The notes under the pieces: model-generated | The model's database searches: none | What the model was told of the DNA's origin: nothing | The model's input: only the letters and a program-made list of their open reading frames with translations | Assembly: GCA_977030845.1 (NCBI GenBank) | Contig: OZ365116.1 | Coordinates: 17,794,001 to 17,858,000, forward strand | Origin: Fimbriosthenelais zetlandica | Lineage: Eukaryota | Direction of reading: 5' to 3' | Length of the DNA: 64,000 bases | Shown here: positions 58,685 through 64,000 of the stretch, in pieces | How the letters are laid out: each line of letters starts with the position of its first letter | Numbering within the stretch: the first letter of the stretch is position 1 | Made by a program: the position numbers and the translations under genes

Positions 58685-61600
58685 CATATCCATTTGGTTT
58701 CAGAACCAAGCTTTGCACAATAGAGACTATGAAGCAATGAACTTACACTTGAATACAATTACTGCTGTCTGTCACATTATTAATGTATATTTTTCCTGCG
58801 TTAGTGAACCAAAGATTTTCTTGTCATTTTCTATTTATTACGTAGGCATAATTCACTTGAAAATGTAAATATTAACCAACTTTAAGGTCCTGCTGAAAAT
58901 ACACTTTCGAAGTGTTAAATCATTGGCATATATTTTAACGCCAATATGTAAATATATTAATTTAATGAAAAACTCTGTAGTTAATGCTGCAAAAGATGTG
59001 CCTTAATTTATGAAAAAGATGTAAGTTATTCATGATATGTGACAGGGATATCCACATTGATTAATATTCAAAACCAAATTCATTGATTCACTCTAAAGGT
59101 GTTAACATATACCTCCCCGTATTCTATGTAGAATATATACATTATATATATTTTCCTGTTTAAGAATCTCAGTGAAAAATCTCCCTACGCAAAGACAACT
59201 GTATCTGAACTTCTAATGTACATTAATATATTGTAGTCAATAATTGGTTAAATCATTCTGGGCATAATAATTGATGAAATAAAATATAATTTTATCGAAT
59301 TTGTTTCTGGACATTTTTGCTATTTTCGAATTATTAGCAATCTCAGATTGAAATCGCGTGGTGTGAAGGGCATATGTATAAGCTGTTAGTATGTAATAAG
59401 ACTTGGCCATTCTAGCAATTGCTTTTGTAGAGCCCCTGGCAGACCGCCCAATGGACACCCTGTCACATCCCAGGGTTTCATTATAAACGTTTCATCTCAG
59501 TAGGGGCTCCCACACGTTTAACACTAAAGCACTCCTCCCACTCTGTGTTCAAGAAGGTATAGAGAGCTTTAGAGAAAGGGCTGCAAATAAGCATCTTTAA
59601 TAGGCGGGCTATGTCGCTTTGACAAAAGAGAAAAGGGCCAATCTTGGAAAGGAAACGGACCATGCCACATAGGGGTGGTCATGGCAAATTGGCCGGAAGG
59701 CCCTGAAGGTGACTTTGGGACCCGAAGGGCACAGGGATGAAGGATAAGAAAGGAGAGCCTGGAAGAATCCCGCACAGGGGAGTACTTCATAATAATGAGC
59801 GGTGGTTCTTTTTTGAAGAGGGGATAATGATTGGGAAATAACAGGAACATATGGAGCAAAATGGATACATTTCACGGTGAATATCTACAGACTTTCTGGC
59901 TGAGTTTCCACCAACCACTGTATACTGCTCATAGGCCTTGTAGGGACTCAGTTATTGTTTGTAATTATCCAAACTTCACAGACTTTTGAAAAATAATGAG
60001 GTTTTTTTTAATGCGTAGCACTATGTTAATTCGGATGAAAAAAGTTAAAAGGGTATGCATTAAAATGATCCGTATGATCAAAATACCAGAGTTGCAATCG
60101 TGTATGAAATGCTACCCACTCAGGGCTTGATACTTTCTTTCAGTATAAATCAAAAGAAATATGTCCATAACCATTTCACAATCCTTGATATTCCTTCATC
60201 ATTCCATTATTAGAATTATGTCTGAGGAATTGCTTGTGTTTTCAAGGCCTTAAAAGGAGAAATAAAATTGGAGGAGTTTAAAAGGCCTGTCGGAACCCAG
60301 ACCAGTGTCATGCATGACATAATGTAAGCCTTCACTAACAGTGTATAGACGTGCGCTGACTGGTGGGCATCTCTTCCTGGCCACCCACACCAGTATAAGA
60401 CAATGTCCTATTGACAGCAATCCTATATAATACACACTCACCTATATTATTACAACTTTATACATTATGACAGAAGGTCCAACATCTGCTTGCCTACAAT
60501 TGCCAGTAATTTAAATTACTACATGTACTTATGACTCAACTTCTTCATACCAATAGAAGTAACAAGTATTATTCTGAAAAATATAAGCCAGCTTTGGTTT
60601 TGACTTTGTCATAAAAAAATAGATCTAGCTGGAGGTGGATACTATGTAGGTAAGATGGTCACAGAGGACGACCCGGGCACACAAAGCTTAAGTCAAAACC
60701 ATTATTTAATCAACAGATCAAGACTGAAGTGGCTGCAGTTCCTGGCCACCCGTGAAATTCTCACAAAATATGAGATATCACAACAAGAGATTGCCTCATG
60801 TAATACCGGTCTGAGAACCGGGCATCCCCAGAAGAAACAATAACTGGTGCTTACAGGCACTTCATGTGGAATCGAAAAAGGAACTTTGGTGCATACAACA
60901 TTCTGGTTATTAGCTACATGTTACAGTTAGGATGCCGGGGTGTCTGGGTCAATGCTTTTGCTGATGAAAAGGATGAAAACCAGAGACAAATGCATTAAGT
61001 AATCCATCATAATTCAAAGCAGCATTGCCTTTTCTTCATCTTATCTCTAAGCCACTGTGCTGTCTCACACGATATTAACAGCTTTGTTACCAACAGTTCA
61101 CAATCGATATCAACATTCTTTAAAGATAATAAACCATAAACGGTGACAGCAGCAAACAATGACTTGTTCATTGGAGAGGTAATGTCCTTGCATGTGCAAT
61201 TTCGCTGCATTATGACAGGTCGCATAAACATGCATGCGAACATGGTGTAAATTTATATAGACGTTATAAGGTAACAAAGTATGCTATATACAGCGCGTCT
61301 GGCATGTGTACAGCAGATTCATCCTACACTATGATAGCAGAGGAGAATAGGAACTGGTTGGGATGGGAAATATAGAGATAATGAGTTAGTGGTACTCAGG
61401 AATAAAGAGAACTTGGAGAACAGGTGTAGGTAATGAATGGAATTGAGTGGCATTCTTGGATGGGTGGTATTATGTGGCAAAATATGGAGGGGAAAACACC
61501 AGGCAACAACCAGCCGAAGTGCACACTCCCATGAAGGCTATTCTTGTCTTGTCTTCTCCTACAATGGCCAGCCTTAATTTGTTCTGAACTCTGGCCAACG

Positions 61601-64000
61601 GTGTACCCAGGCAGAATCCACCTACAGGGTGGAACAACATATCTTACTTCTTATGGTAGGCCTAAATTATATTTCCTGAATGAACATCAGTTTTTATATG
61701 TGGGTAGTTTTTTTGTATCCACCTATCTTTTCATGAAACAAAATGCGGGAGGAATATATTTTCTTTAACTTTGTAACGAAATGATGCAAGAAATTATGGC
61801 ATTTTTTAAAATTATCTAAAAGCATACAATTAATTATTAGCAAGTCATGTTCAACCTGGGCCTTTGCTTATTATTTTCTACAATTAATCCTAACTTAATC
61901 AATGAAGTAAAATAATCAAGAATTCCCTTTAATAATTTCTATTTCTTTTTCAATTGTTGGCATTTTTCAGTTGAGCATGAGGGCCGATCCTGTAGGAGTG
62001 AATCTGTCGCGGACAGACCACAGCACCCCCTAGCTCGGCCAACAGTCACTAGTATTCCCATTGGCTTCGGACCAACTGTGGGGTTTGTTGTATTGTTGGC
62101 TCTTTTCAAGCATGTAAGTTCGATTTCCATGCTATAGTAGTCAAACACAGTCACCCTCGACATGGCATGGAGCGAGGACTACTCGTCGCAGACATATTGT
62201 TTCCCCACCACAATTGTGGGAGCGACCGAGAAGCATCGCTTCCATGCATTATAATTAGCCCACGTGCGTGGCTTCAGGCTACCATCGCCTTGTCGCGGCT
62301 GTGGCGACATCGCTGGCGTGCGGGCTAGCATGCATGTCATTCACTCATTGTTCACTCATTGAATGTCCCTCCCGCGGCGAAACAAGTGCCGTGTAAATAG
62401 TTGAATTAATTGTGTCATGTATTCGCTCGCCGTGTTAACTTTTTGCTTAAAGCGCTTTTTTATTGTCCAAGGAGTGTGTGCTTAATATTTGATATCTGAT
62501 TTATGGTTTAAAGCTGGGATTTGTGGCAGCATATGCAGACTATTATAAGGTGAATACACGGAGAAGAAATTAAAGCTGGAACTACTACTGGTCTATCATT
62601 ATCAATGTATGGTGGCTCAATAATGATGGCCCTCAGAGAGAAATTACTTTCATGAATTCATTATGGCATTTCCTTTAATTCCTTTTAGTGAAATAATGGA
62701 AAATACTAATGGATTTGGTCACTAATCCCATCAAGGAAATATAATAATTTATAATAGAATGTAGCAGTCAAGTCAGACACCCATTAAGGTATCTGTTTTA
62801 TCGTGATCTCTCATTTTAAGCTTGAGAAGCCTGACATAGACGGCCTAATAGGATTAATGTCACCACCACCAGCGCTGTCCACTCACCCCTAATCACCCCC
62901 TCCCTCAACCGGACATGTTATGACCAGCCAAAAATGACCGCGGTCAAACCACACGCACCACACTCCATTTCTCCTCCTCACGAAGGAAAAAAAGAATCAC
63001 GTTATTAACGCTGACTGGAAGCACAATTACTGCTGTCCTCGCCATGCTAAGGTGTTAATGGGTGGTGGGTGGGTGAATATGGAGTTGGGGGAGAAGAGGT
63101 GCACCTCTTAAGATTTTTAATGAGAACAGGGCATATCCTTTAAATCTTCTGTGATTCAAATCCTCTATAGATTTTTACTTGTATTTGCAACCATTAATAA
63201 AGGTCATCTAGATATTAAGATATTATTTATGATTAGTTTATCTAGATAGGATTCTCCATTTTATTGTGATCATCCCCTGGAAATGTGGTGGGGCGTTTTG
63301 TAAGAGAATTGTATTAAAACACCTGCTCCCTATAACTGAATAAATGTTAGTAGGAGATCACCCAGAAAAGGAGAGCCCTTCACCTATTTTTTCTTTCTTT
63401 TAGCCCAGCATGTTGAGGGTAGGGGTGGAGGTGGGGTAGGGGGATGGGGTGAGTGTGGGGAGTTGACACTGTACTCCCCACGTGTCCCTCCGCCTAACAC
63501 GGCAGTAAAATACCTTATTGTCCGCCACAACCCCCAACAGGTGACACCCGAGCGCACGTCATAACAATTACACACCTTGATTAACACAAATTGGCACAAG
63601 AGTTTCGTTCATCATTGACGAGCCCGGCCCCTGGGGGACGACGTGGGTCGGCCTAGTGGAGGTGCCAGCCAAAAGTAACCTCACCTTAGCCACCCTGGCT
63701 ATTGTTACCCACTTTTGGCGACCATCCAGAATGTCCACTTGGTTGCCACGCGCATTATCGTCTGCTACAAACATGACGTCAAACCTGCCTGATTTCTATT
63801 GCCTTAGTTACCGACACATGATACTTTATATTTACAGGTTGAGTGAACGTCACGCTCACCCAACCTTTAAATCTCAATTAAGAATCATGACAGTCTCAAT
63901 TAATAATCAAACACAATTACATATAACCAATTTCATTCAGGACATAAATAAATAAAACCAGCATAACAGAAAATGTTAATGCTAATCAATGATATAAATG

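Overview
Eukaryotic (metazoan) genomic DNA with intron-containing genes; no prokaryotic operons or CRISPR. Gene content and style suggest a marine invertebrate bilaterian, possibly an echinoderm or hemichordate (inference only). Left to right: (1) a minus-strand gene with two coding exons for a 93-aa secreted precursor (signal peptide, poly-Q propeptide, KR site, 50-aa 8-Cys knottin-like peptide), whose mature-peptide exon is absent from the ORF track; (2) two tandem PLAC8/cornifelin-like genes (+) that have diverged quickly; (3) FDX1/adrenodoxin (-, 4 exons) head-to-head with (4) RSPH3 (+, 7 exons), whose 5.4-kb last intron holds an intact tRNA-Gly(CCC); (5) about 17.5 kb of apparently non-coding, motif-rich sequence; (6) PRDM13 (+, 4 exons, 691 aa). 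All gene models were spliced and translated by hand from GT-AG boundaries with consistent phase. The best novelty candidates are the knottin precursor, TAGGCCTA palindrome clusters flanking the FDX1/RSPH3 promoter, the divergence pattern of the PLAC8 pair, and a WDR5-binding-like motif at the PRDM13 C-terminus. No database searches were run.
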